DNA of 64,000 nt from positions 32,612,001 to 32,676,000 of the forward strand of contig NW_025963779.1 of NCBI RefSeq assembly GCF_023055435.1, read 5' to 3'. Both the position numbers and the translations under genes were made by a program. Below the pieces are notes generated by a model. It ran no database searches and was not told the DNA's origin. It was given only the letters and a program-made list of their open reading frames with translations. Numbering within the stretch: position 1 is the stretch's first letter; every line of letters starts with the position of its first letter. The DNA is from Haliotis rufescens. Taxonomy: Eukaryota. Positions 11,342-25,191 of this stretch are shown piece after piece.

Positions 11342-14300
11342 CGGGAGATTTGCTAAGAAAACAAATCACACTATATTGTAGGCAATGGACATACTTAATA
11401 GTAACAAAACAGCTATAGCAGACTGAAGAAGTTAGGGAGTGCATGTAAAATACATACACAGTCGGACTCCTCATCTTGAGACGGCCACAAACTCACAGCC
11501 GCAGGAGTACCATAATACCGAATTATGTCCTCCCGAGCTGGAAAAGAAAAGCAAAGCTCCGTTAAATGTACGACGACGGCTACTTTTAAAAAATCTAGTA
11601 TATTTTGAGTTCCGTACAAATACATTTTACCCCCTATTTAGTATTGGCCTAGTATTGTAATATTAGAGTCAATACACGTTTACCAAGAACAAATCAGAAC
11701 AATCATATGTACCAGAGATACTGGAGGAAGGTCAGGCAGATAGTCTGGTGTATTTAGCTGCTAGAAAGCTCTTTTAGATTTGGTCATTTCTATTTGATTT
11801 GAATCTATGTGGCACACATCGGCTAAACAGTTATCCAGCTACCTGGGGTTCTAAAACGAGACAGTTAACGAATAAATTGGGTCCACAACTTCTAAACACG
11901 TAATACAAGCTATCTAAAATGTGTATGCTACATCGTCCGACACTGTAATACACCAACATGTGTCATCACAGCCTACGAAATGAATTTCAAAATCAATCAC
12001 TTTGAATTGAAACAATTGCAAATGGCGGCCGCCATCTTCAGTCCCAATACGGCTGCCTAACTACGACGAATTTCACCACTAATTTAACATCTTAACACTT
12101 TAAAGTCGAATAATTGGGATCCTAAATACCTTGAATGTGAAGCCTTGTATTCATCTTGGACTTGAAAATGCTTGAAAAGATACAGTAGTGAGCACAACGT
12201 GGAGATCAACGGAGCAAAAGCGATCGTGATTCTGTTGAAAACAGAAGGGGACGTTGAGAACGGCAACGGTAACTACGTTACGGAGAACTCAGAACGAGGC
12301 GTCATCGTCAGCTTCCGGCGTGGTAAAGGCGGCCTAGCCTCATGGCATTGTTAAAGGTGAAAGCAACCGGGATAGCTTTCGGCTGGACACCAGACGTAGC
12401 TAACATAAGTATCATCAATTCCAGCATTTGGTTTGGCAACTCGGGAGACTCAAAGTGCAAACTTAGATCTGAAACAAACTATACACATGTTTGTGGCTTG
12501 AAAAAAATGTTTTGTGAAAACTATGTTTATTTGGATAAAATAATCAGTGCAAGAAATTAATCTCAAACGTTTACTAGCCTAAACAGTGATATCGTATTTG
12601 GACATCCCTAAAAACCTGAAATTCTTGTAGCCCTTCAGGATGTCTTTCATAGCAGACAAACTGACTCGGGGTAGCGGGCTAGTGACAATTTTCATCCCTG
12701 ATGATCACAGTGGGATGTTGGAATTATTCCCTTGTCAGCTGGGATTAAATATTAGATGGCGCTGCTATATGTACCATGATGAACAGCGACAGTTCTTACT
12801 TAGAACCACGATGTCGACTGAAAATATTTTTTTTAAATATGGGAAATTCAAAATGAAAAATAAACTGCAATATATGTAGTATCGTCTGTGATTAAAAGTA
12901 GACTATTTCTGGTGATGTTTGACCTTTTAAAACTTTTGCATTGCACCCTCGTGCTCATTTGAACGGGTCGGTAGAATGTGGAAGAAGAAACTATTTGATG
13001 TGTGTTAAGCAAGTGCCGTGTGAGGTGTTTCCTAAATTGATTGTTGGTTATGTAGTAACTCCATGGTGTTTTGGGTTATTTCTACTACTCAAATAAACAT
13101 CGACTGGTGTTTAAAAAACCTACCCCTCCAAAATACTCTACTGACAACACTGCCATCTATTAGAAACTTCAATTGTCCTTTCTCTCAGTATTTCCTTATC
13201 TCGTGAAATGCCAGATTAGAATATCTACAAATTACTGCTACACCAAAGTAGGTGTGAATTCTGGCTTTCGACTGGCCCACCGGACCACTGCCTTTATATT
13301 GTAGCAAACCCGCTGCTATTTCTGCTGGCCACGGACCAAAGGACAAGCAGTGTAGTCCATTCCTTTGAAAAAGCTTCCACGTTTGTTCAAACTGTAGAGA
13401 TGTGTGGAATCCAAGATTGATGTGAGCGAGGGGAGATCACTCTTAACCCCATGTCCGCCTCGCCTGATGGAGGTGAGTGAAGTGCTCGTAATATATCCCA
13501 TGTGGTGACACTTGTTTTAAAGTGGAAAGGCCAGGTTTGATTCGCACTCACTTGAAAGGGAACCACAATAACTGTTTCATAAGAAATGATGAGTAGTTAC
13601 GTTTAAATATTTAACATTTTTTTTCATTAAAAAGTGTTATAAAGACCTGTCCTCATACAACTGTCGCCACATACAGGAATGTCTATAATCTTCAAGGTAG
13701 CCCCACGCATACACGAATCTGCAGGTATTTGCCAGTACAGCTCATACATTAAGGAGACAGCAACATAGCCATATAGGGGCAAATATCAAGCTGTTTCACA
13801 ATATCAGGATGGTTTTATGTGTCAAGATCAGAGGCCGGGGATGTGGCCTGATGCCGATATTGCGATGTCGCTGTCCCCTAGATCATTATTAGCTCTAAGG
13901 AAGGAACACAGTAGTGAAAACAGACGACTTGTATGTACATTACAGAAATATTTATTCAGACGACAATAGGTCGAAAGTAAAATGCCAAAAGAGAGATCCA
14001 AATTACGGGGCCAAAATAGTATATATAGCATCACCTTGTGCGATTAAAGATCATCAATTATGTGAAAAATAAGCCAAAACGTAAGCCAAAGATGGGCCAA
14101 AATGGTGTGTCTAAAATGTGCCATAATGAGAGGATGCATATTAAACAGCTCTCTCTCTCTCCTTCATTTACTCTCTCAATCTCACTCATTTACTGTCACT
14201 ATATCAAACTCTCTCTAAATCTTTCTGTCACTCTCTCTCAACCGTGCACGCTCTCTCTCTTATTTACTCTGAATCTCTCTCAATTACTCTCACGATCTCA

Positions 14301-14491
14301 ATCTCTCTCTCTAAATCTNNNNNNNNNNNNNNNNNNNNNNNNNNNNNNNNNNNNNNNNNNNNNNNNNNNNNNNNNNNNNNNNNNNNNNNNNNNNNNNNNN
14401 NNNNNNNNNNNNNNNNNNNNNNNNNNNNNNNNNNNNNNNNNNNNNNNNNNNNNNNNNNNNNNNNNNNNNNNNNNNNNNNNGGATAAGGAGT

Positions 14492-14812
14492 CTACGAGAA
14501 GATCTTCCTAAAGAAGGCAGCCGCTCTCGTCAGCGCCTTTCTCAAGGGATGAATCTCTCGGTCATCCACGAAGCTGTGGTCATCCTCGTCCTCGTACACC
14601 CAGTAGTCACTTTCATCGTCGTCACTTGGGGCAGGATAGTGGTCGGCGTGATTGATGGTGACGGGGGCGGGGAGCGTCTCGCCGTAGACGGGGCGGGCCC
14701 AGAACGGAGTGAAGACACTCAGGGGGTCGGGGAAACGGGAAAGGGACACAGCTTGGGAACGCTACTCATCGAGGGGAGGGAGGGAGAAAGTAAGGCAAGT
14801 GAGACAGAACAT
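14492..14812 (-). pseudogene. Macrosatellite ORF, copy 5
   Basis: Same as copy 4. Confidence 0.42.
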
Positions 14813-17800
14813 CGGGAGATTTGCTAAGAAAACAAATCACACTATATTGTAGGCAATGGACATACTTAATAGTAACAAAACAGCTATAGCAGACTGAAGA
14901 AGTTAGGGAGTGCATGTAAAATACATACACAGTCGGACTCCTCATCTTGAGACGGCCACAAACTCACAGCCGCAGGAGTACCATAATACCGAATTATGTC
15001 CTCCCGAGCTGGAAAAGAAAAGCAAAGCTCCGTTAAATGTACGACGACGGCTACTTTTAAAAAATCAAGTCTATTTTGAGTTCCGTACAAATACATTTTA
15101 CCCCCTATTTAGTATTGGCCTAGTATTGTAATATTAGAGTCAATACACGTTTACCAAGAACAAATCAGAACAATCATATGTACCAGAGATACTGGAGGAA
15201 GGTCAGGCAGATAGTCTGGTGTATTTAGCTGCTAGAAAGCTCTTTTAGATTTGGTCATTTCTATTTGATTTGAATCTATGTGGCACACATCGGCTAAACA
15301 GTTATCCAGCTACCTGGGGTTCTAAAACGAGACAGTTAACGAATAAATTGGGTCCACAACTTCTAAACACGTAATACAAGCTATCTAAAATGTGTATGCT
15401 ACATCGTCCGACACTGTAATACACCAACATGTGTCATCACAGCCTACGAAATGAATTTCAAAATCAATCACTTTGAATTGAAACAATTGCAAATGGCGGC
15501 CGCCATCTTCAGTCCCAATACGGCTGCCTAACTACGACGAATTTCACCACTAATTTAACATCTTAACACTTTAAAGTCGAATAATTGGGATCCTAAATAC
15601 CTTGAATGTGAAGCCTTGTATTCATCTTGGACTTGAAAATGCTTGAAAAGATACAGTAGTGAGCACAACGTGGAGATCAACGGAGCAAAAGCGATCGTGA
15701 TTCTGTTGAAAACAGAAGGGGACGTTGAGAACGGCAACGGTAACTACGTTACGGAGAACTCAGAACGAGGCGTCATCGTCAGCTTCCGGCGTGGTAAAGG
15801 CGGCCTAGCCTCATGGCATTGTTAAAGGTGAAAGCAACCGGGATAGCTTTCGGCTGGACACCAGACGTAGCTAACATAAGTATCATCAATTCCAGCATTT
15901 GGTTTGGCAACTCGGGAGACTCAAAGTGCAAACTTAGATCTGAAACAAACTATACACATGTTTGTGGCTTGAAAAAAATGTTTTGTGAAAACTATGTTTA
16001 TTTGGATAAAATAATCAGTGCAAGAAATTAATCTCAAACGTTTACTAGCCTAAACAGTGATATCGTATTTGGACATCCCTAAAAACCTGAAATTCTTGTA
16101 GCCCTTCAGGATGTCTTTCATAGCAGACAAACTGACTCGGGGTAGCGGGCTAGTGACAATTTTCATCCCTGATGATCACAGTGGGATGTTGGAATTATTC
16201 CCTTGTCAGCTGGGATTAAATATTAGATGGCGCTGCTATATGTACCATGATGAACAGCGACAGTTCTTACTTAGAACCACGATGTCGACTGAAAATATTT
16301 TTTTTAAATATGGGAAATTCAAAATGAAAAATAAACTGCAATATATGTAGTATCGTCTGTGATTAAAAGTAGACTATTTCTGGTGATGTTTGACCTTTTA
16401 AAACTTTTGCATTGCACCCTCGTGCTCATTTGAACGGGTCGGTAGAATGTGGAAGAAGAAACTATTTGATGTGTGTTAAGCAAGTGCCGTGTGAGGTGTT
16501 TCCTAAATTGATTGTTGGTTATGTAGTAACTCCATGGTGTTTTGGGTTATTTCTACTACTCAAATAAACATCGACTGGTGTTGAAAAAACCTACCCCTCC
16601 AAAATACTCTACTGACAACACTGCCATCTATTAGAAACTTCAATTGTCCTTTCTCTCAGTATTTCCTTATCTCGTGAAATGCCAGATTAGAATATCTACA
16701 AATTACTGCTACACCAAAGTAGGTGTGAATTCTGGCTTTCGACTGGCCCACCGGACCACTGCCTTTATATTGTAGCAAACCCGCTGCTATTTCTGCTGGC
16801 CACGGACCAAAGGACAAGCAGTGTAGTCCATTCCTTTGAAAAAGCTTCCACGTTTGTTCAAACTGTAGAGATGTGTGGAATCCAAGATTGATGTGAGCGA
16901 GGGGAGATCACTCTTAACCCCATGTCCGCCTCGCCTGATGGAGGTGAGTGAAGTGCTCGTAATATATCCCATGTGGTGACACTTGTTTTAAAGTGGAAAG
17001 GCCAGGTTTGATTCGCACTCACTTGAAAGGGAACCACAATAACTGTTTCATAAGAAATGATGAGTAGTTACGTTTAAATATTTAACATTTTTTTTCATTA
17101 AAAAGTGTTATAAAGACCTGTCCTCATACAACTGTCGCCACATACAGGAATGTCTATAATCTTCAAGGTAGCCCCACGCATACACGAATCTGCAGGTATT
17201 TGCCAGTACAGCTCATACATTAAGGAGACAGCAACATAGCCATATAGGGGCAAATATCAAGCTGTTTCACAATATCAGGATGGTTTTATGTGTCAAGATC
17301 AGAGGCCGGGGATGTGGCCTGATGCCGATATTGCGATGTCGCTGTCCCCTAGATCATTATTAGCTCTAAGGAAGGAACACAGTAGTGAAAACAGACGACT
17401 TGTATGTACATTACAGAAATATTTATTCAGATGACAATAGGTCGAAAGTAAAATGCCAAAAGAGAGATCCAAATTACGGGGCCAAAATAGTATATATAGC
17501 ATCACCTTGTGCGATTAAAGATCATCAATTATGTGAAAAATAAGCCAAAACGTAAGCCAAAGATGGGCCAAAATGGTGTGTCTAAAATGTGCCAAAATGA
17601 GAGGATGCATATTAAACAGCTCTCTCTCTCCTTCATTTACTCTCTCAATCTCACTCATTTACTGTCACTATATCAAACTCTCTCTAAATCTTTCTGTCAC
17701 TCTCTCTCAACCGTGCACGCTCTCTCTCTTATTTACTCTGAATCTCTCTCAATTACTCTCACGATCTCAATCTCTCTCTCTAAATCTNNNNNNNNNNNNN

Positions 17801-17954
17801 NNNNNNNNNNNNNNNNNNNNNNNNNNNNNNNNNNNNNNNNNNNNNNNNNNNNNNNNNNNNNNNNNNNNNNNNNNNNNNNNNNNNNNNNNNNNNNNNNNNN
17901 NNNNNNNNNNNNNNNNNNNNNNNNNNNNNNNNNNNNNNNNNAAGGATAAGGAGT

Positions 17955-18275
17955 CTACGAGAAGATCTTCCTAAAGAAGGCAGCCGCTCTCGTCAGCGCC
18001 TTTCTCAAGGGATGAATCTCTCGGTCATCCACGAAGCTGTGGTCATCCTCGTCCTCGTACACCCAGTAGTCACTTTCATCGTCGTCACTTGGGGCAGGAT
18101 AGTGGTCGGCGTGATTGATGGTGACGGGGGCGGGGAGCGTCTCGCCGTAGACGGGGCGGGCCCAGAACGGAGTGAAGACACTCAGGGGGTCGGGGAAACG
18201 GGAAAGGGACACAGCTTGGGAACGCTACTCATCGAGGGGAGGGAGGGAGAAAGTAAGGCAAGTGAGACAGAACAT
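17955..18275 (-). pseudogene. Macrosatellite ORF, copy 6
   Basis: Same as copy 4. Confidence 0.42.
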
Positions 18276-21200
18276 CGGGAGATTTGCTAAGAAAACAAAT
18301 CACACTATATTGTAGGCAATGGACATACTTAATAGTAACAAAACAGCTATAGCAGACTGAAGAAGTTAGGGAGTGCATGTAAAATACATACACAGTCGGA
18401 CTCCTCATCTTGAGACGGCCACAAACTCACAGCCGCAGGAGTACCATAATACCGAATTATGTCCTCCCGAGCTGGAAAAGAAAAGCAAAGCTCCGTTAAA
18501 TGTACGACGACGGCTACTTTTAAAAAATCAAGTCTATTTTGAGTTCCGTACAAATACATTTTACCCCCTATTTAGTATTGGCCTAGTATTGTAATATTAG
18601 AGTCAATACACGTTTACCAAGAACAAATCAGAACAATCATATGTACCGGAGATACTGGAGGAAGGTCAGGCAGATAGTCTGGTGTATTTAGCTGCTAGAA
18701 AGCTCTTTTAGATTTGGTCATTTCTATTTGATTTGAATCTATGTGGCACACATCGGCTAAACAGTTATCCAGCTACCTGGGGTTCTAAAACGAGACAGTT
18801 AACGAATAAATTGGGTCCACAACTTCTAAACACGTAATACAAGCTATCTAAAATGTGTATGCTACATCGTCCGACACTGTAATACACCAACATGTGTCAT
18901 CACAGCCTACGAAATGAATTTCAAAATCAATCACTTTGAATTGAAACAATTGCAAATGGCGGCCGCCATCTTCAGTCCCAATACGGCTGCCTAACTACGA
19001 CGAATTTCACCACTAATTTAACATCTTAACACTTTAAAGTCGAATAATTGGGATCCTAAATACCTTGAATGTGAAGCCTTGTATTCATCTTGGACTTGAA
19101 AATGCTTGAAAAGATACAGTAGTGAGCACAACGTGGAGATCAACGGAGCAAAAGCGATCGTGATTCTGTTGAAAACAGAAGGGGACGTTGAGAACGGCAA
19201 CGGTAACTACGTTACGGAGAACTCAGAACGAGGCGTCATCGTCAGCTTCCGGCGTGGTAAAGGCGGCCTAGCCTCATGGCATTGTTAAAGGTGAAAGCAA
19301 CCGGGATAGCTTTCGGCTGGACACCAGACGTAGCTAACATAAGTATCATCAATTCCAGCATTTGGTTTGGCAACTCGGGAGACTCAAAGTGCAAACTTAG
19401 ATCTGAAACAAACTATACACATGTTTGTGGCTTGAAAAAAATGTTTTGTGAAAACTATGTTTATTTGGATAAAATAATCAGTGCAAGAAATTAATCTCAA
19501 ACGTTTACTAGCCTAAACAGTGATATCGTATTTGGACATCCCTAAAAACCTGAAATTCTTGTAGCCCTTCAGGATGTCTTTCATAGCAGACAAACTGACT
19601 CGGGGTAGCGGGCTAGTGACAATTTTCATCCCTGATGATCACAGTGGGATGTTGGAATTATTCCCTTGTCAGCTGGGATTAAATATTAGATGGCGCTGCT
19701 ATATGTACCATGATGAACAGCGACAGTTCTTACTTAGAACCACGATGTCGACTGAAAATATTTTTTTTAAATATGGGAAATTCAAAATGAAAAATAAACT
19801 GCAATATATGTAGTATCGTCTGTGATTAAAAGTAGACTATTTCTGGTGATGTTTGACCTTTTAAAACTTTTGCATTGCACCCTCGTGCTCATTTGAACGG
19901 GTCGGTAGAATGTGGAAGAAGAAACTATTTGATGTGTGTTAAGCAAGTGCCGTGTGAGGTGTTTCCTAAATTGATTGTTGGTTATGTAGTAACTCCATGG
20001 TGTTTTGGGTTATTTCTACTACTCAAATAAACATCGACTGGTGTTTAAAAAACCTACCCCTCCAAAATACTCTACTGACAACACTGCCATCTATTAGAAA
20101 CTTCAATTGTCCTTTCTCTCAGTATTTCCTTATCTCGTGAAATGCCAGATTAGAATATCTACAAATTACTGCTACACCAAAGTAGGTGTGAATTCTGGCT
20201 TTCGACTGGCCCACCGGACCACTGCCTTTATATTGTAGCAAACCCGCTGCTATTTCTGCTGGCCACGGACCAAAGGACAAGCAGTGTAGTCCATTCCTTT
20301 GAAAAAGCTTCCACGTTTGTTCAAACTGTAGAGATGTGTGGAATCCAAGATTGATGTGAGCGAGGGGAGATCACTCTTAACCCCATGTCCGCCTCGCCTG
20401 ATGGAGGTGAGTGAAGTGCTCGTAATATATCCCATGTGGTGACACTTGTTTTAAAGTGGAAAGGCCAGGTTTGATTCGCACTCACTTGAAAGGGAACCAC
20501 AATAACTGTTTCATAAGAAATGATGAGTAGTTACGTTTAAATATTTAACATTTTTTTTCATTAAAAAGTGTTATAAAGACCTGTCCTCATACAACTGTCG
20601 CCACATACAGGAATGTCTATAATCTTCAAGGTAGCCCCACGCATACACGAATCTGCAGGTATTTGCCAGTGAAGCTCATACATTAAGGAGACAGCAACAT
20701 AGCCATATAGGGGCAAATATCAAGCTGTTTCACAATATCAGGATGGTTTTATGTGTCAAGATCAGAGGCCGGGGATGTGGCCTGATGCCGATATTGCGAT
20801 GTCGCTGTCCCCTAGATCATTATTAGCTCTAAGGAAGGAACACAGTAGTGAAAACAGACGACTTGTATGTACATTACAGAAATATTTATTCAGATGACAA
20901 TAGGTCGAAAGTAAAATGCCAAAAGAGAGATCCAAATTACGGGGCCAAAATAGTATATATAGCATCACCTTGTGCGATTAAAGATCATCAATTATGTGAA
21001 AAATAAGCCAAAACGTAAGCCAAAGATGGGCCAAAATGGTGTGTCTAAAATGTGCCAAAATGAGAGGATGCATATTAAACAGCTCTCTCTCTCCTTCATT
21101 TACTCTCTCAATCTCACTCATTTACTGTCACTATATCAAACTCTCTCTAAATCTTTCTGTCACTCTCTCTCAACCGTGCACGCTCTCTCTCTTATTTACT

Positions 21201-21403
21201 CTGAATCTCTCTCAATTACTCTCACGATCTCAATCTCTCTCTCTAAATCTNNNNNNNNNNNNNNNNNNNNNNNNNNNNNNNNNNNNNNNNNNNNNNNNNN
21301 NNNNNNNNNNNNNNNNNNNNNNNNNNNNNNNNNNNNNNNNNNNNNNNNNNNNNNNNNNNNNNNNNNNNNNNNNNNNNNNNNNNNNNNNNNNNGGATAAGG
21401 AGT

Positions 21404-21724
21404 CTACGAGAAGATCTTCCTAAAGAAGGCAGCCGCTCTCGTCAGCGCCTTTCTCAAGGGATGAATCTCTCGGTCATCCACGAAGCTGTGGTCATCCTCG
21501 TCCTCGTACACCCAGTAGTCACTTTCATCGTCGTCACTTGGGGCAGGATAGTGGTCGGCGTGATTGATGGTGACGGGGGCGGGGAGCGTCTCGCCGTAGA
21601 CGGGGCGGGCCCAGAACGGAGTGAAGACACTCAGGGGGTCGGGGAAACGGGAAAGGGACACAGCTTGGGAACGCTACTCATCGAGGGGAGGGAGGGAGAA
21701 AGTAAGGCAAGTGAGACAGAACAT
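21404..21724 (-). pseudogene. Macrosatellite ORF, copy 7
   Basis: Same as copy 4. Confidence 0.42.
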
Positions 21725-24700
21725 CGGGAGATTTGCTAAGAAAACAAATCACACTATATTGTAGGCAATGGACATACTTAATAGTAACAAAACAGCTATA
21801 GCAGACTGAAGAAGTTAGGGAGTGCATGTAAAATACATACACAGTCGGACTCCTCATCTTGAGACGGCCACAAACTCACAGCCGCAGGAGTACCATAATA
21901 CCGAATTATGTCCTCCCGAGCTGGAAAAGAAAAGCAAAGCTCCGTTAAATGTACGACGACGGCTACTTTTAAAAAATCAAGTCTATTTTGAGTTCCGTAC
22001 AAATACATTTTACCCCCTATTTAGTATTGGCCTAGTATTGTAATATTAGAGTCAATACACGTTTACCAAGAACAAATCAGAACAATCATATGTACCGGAG
22101 ATACTGGAGGAAGGTCAGGCAGATAGTCTGGTGTATTTAGCTGCTAGAAAGCTCTTTTAGATTTGGTCATTTCTATTTGATTTGAATCTATGTGGCACAC
22201 ATCGGCTAAACAGTTATCCAGCTACCTGGGGTTCTAAAACGAGACAGTTAACGAATAAATTGGGTCCACAACTTCTAAACACGTAATACAAGCTATCTAA
22301 AATGTGTATGCTACATCGTCCGACACTGTAATACACCAACATGTGTCATCACAGCCTACGAAATGAATTTCAAAATCAATCACTTTGAATTGAAACAATT
22401 GCAAATGGCGGCCGCCATCTTCAGTCCCAATACGGCTGCCTAACTACGACGAATTTCACCACTAATTTAACATCTTAACACTTTAAAGTCGAATAATTGG
22501 GATCCTAAATACCTTGAATGTGAAGCCTTGTATTCATCTTGGACTTGAAAATGCTTGAAAAGATACAGTAGTGAGCACAACGTGGAGATCAACGGAGCAA
22601 AAGCGATCGTGATTCTGTTGAAAACAGAAGGGGACGTTGAGAACGGCAACGGTAACTACGTTACGGAGAACTCAGAACGAGGCGTCATCGTCAGCTTCCG
22701 GCGTGGTAAAGGCGGCCTAGCCTCATGGCATTGTTAAAGGTGAAAGCAACCGGGATAGCTTTCGGCTGGACACCAGACGTAGCTAACATAAGTATCATCA
22801 ATTCCAGCATTTGGTTTGGCAACTCGGGAGACTCAAAGTGCAAACTTAGATCTGAAACAAACTATACACATGTTTGTGGCTTGAAAAAAATGTTTTGTGA
22901 AAACTATGTTTATTTGGATAAAATAATCAGTGCAAGAAATTAATCTCAAACGTTTACTAGCCTAAACAGTGATATCGTATTTGGACATCCCTAAAAACCT
23001 GAAATTCTTGTAGCCCTTCAGGATGTCTTTCATAGCAGACAAACTGACTCGGGGTAGCGGGCTAGTGACAATTTTCATCCCTGATGATCACAGTGGGATG
23101 TTGGAATTATTCCCTTGTCAGCTGGGATTAAATATTAGATGGCGCTGCTATATGTACCATGATGAACAGCGACAGTTCTTACTTAGAACCACGATGTCGA
23201 CTGAAAATATTTTTTTTAAATATGGGAAATTCAAAATGAAAAATAAACTGCAATATATGTAGTATCGTCTGTGATTAAAAGTAGACTATTTCTGGTGATG
23301 TTTGACCTTTTAAAACTTTTGCATTGCACCCTCGTGCTCATTTGAACGGGTCGGTAGAATGTGGAAGAAGAAACTATTTGATGTGTGTTAAGCAAGTGCC
23401 GTGTGAGGTGTTTCCTAAATTGATTGTTGGTTATGTAGTAACTCCATGGTGTTTTGGGTTATTTCTACTACTCAAATAAACATCGACTGGTGTTGAAAAA
23501 ACCTACCCCTCCAAAATACTCTACTGACAACACTGCCATCTATTAGAAACTTCAATTGTCCTTTCTCTCAGTATTTCCTTATCTCGTGAAATGCCAGATT
23601 AGAATATCTACAAATTACTGCTACACCAAAGTAGGTGTGAATTCTGGCTTTCGACTGGCCCACCGGACCACTGCCTTTATATTGTAGCAAACCCGCTGCT
23701 ATTTCTGCTGGCCACGGACCAAAGGACAAGCAGTGTAGTCCATTCCTTTGAAAAAGCTTCCACGTTTGTTCAAACTGTAGAGATGTGTGGAATCCAAGAT
23801 TGATGTGAGCGAGGGGAGATCACTCTTAATCCCATGTCCGCCTCGCCTGATGGAGGTGAGTGAAGTGCTCGTAATATATCCCATGTGGTGACACTTGTTT
23901 TAAAGTGGAAAGGCCAGGTTTGATTCGCACTCACTTGAAAGGGAACCACAATAACTGTTTCATAAGAAATGATGAGTAGTTACGTTTAAATATTTAACAT
24001 TTTTTTTCATTAAAAAGTGTTATAAAGACCTGTCCTCATACAACTGTCGCCACATACAGGAATGTCTATAATCTTCAAGGTAGCCCCACGCATACACGAA
24101 TCTGCAGGTATTTGCCAGTACAGCTCATACATTAAGGAGACAGCAACATAGCCATATAGGGGCAAATATCAAGCTGTTTCACAATATCAGGATGGTTTTA
24201 TGTGTCAAGATCAGAGGCCGGGGATGTGGCCTGATGCCGATATTGCGATGTCGCTGTCCCCTAGATCATTATTAGCTCTAAGGAAGGAACACAGTAGTGA
24301 AAACAGACGACTTGTATGTACATTACAGAAATATTTATTCAGATGACAATAGGTCGAAAGTAAAATGCCAAAAGAGAGATCCAAATTACGGGGCCAAAAT
24401 AGTATATATAGCATCACCTTGTGCGATTAAAGATCATCAATTATGTGAAAAATAAGCCAAAACGTAAGCCAAAGATGGGCCAAAATGGTGTGTCTAAAAT
24501 GTGCCAAAATGAGAGGATGCATATTAAACAGCTCTCTCTCTCCTTCATTTACTCTCTCAATCTCACTCATTTACTGTCACTATATCAAACTCTCTCTAAA
24601 TCTTTCTGTCACTCTCTCTCAACCGTGCACGCTCTCTCTCTTATTTACTCTGAATCTCTCTCAATTACTCTCACGATCTCAATCTCTCTCTCTAAATCTN

Positions 24701-24870
24701 NNNNNNNNNNNNNNNNNNNNNNNNNNNNNNNNNNNNNNNNNNNNNNNNNNNNNNNNNNNNNNNNNNNNNNNNNNNNNNNNNNNNNNNNNNNNNNNNNNNN
24801 NNNNNNNNNNNNNNNNNNNNNNNNNNNNNNNNNNNNNNNNNNNNNNNNNNNNNNNNNNNGGATAAGGAGT

Positions 24871-25191
24871 CTACGAGAAGATCTTCCTAAAGAAGGCAGC
24901 CGCTCTCGTCAGCGCCTTTCTCAAGGGATGAATCTCTCGGTCATCCACGAAGCTGTGGTCATCCTCGTCCTCGTACACCCAGTAGTCACTTTCATCGTCG
25001 TCACTTGGGGCAGGATAGTGGTCGGCGTGATTGATGGTGACGGGGGCGGGGAGCGTCTCGCCGTAGACGGGGCGGGCCCAGAACGGAGTGAAGACACTCA
25101 GGGGGTCGGGGAAACGGGAAAGGGACACAGCTTGGGAACGCTACTCATCGAGGGGAGGGAGGGAGAAAGTAAGGCAAGTGAGACAGAACAT
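24871..25191 (-). pseudogene. Macrosatellite ORF, copy 8
   Basis: Same as copy 4. Confidence 0.42.
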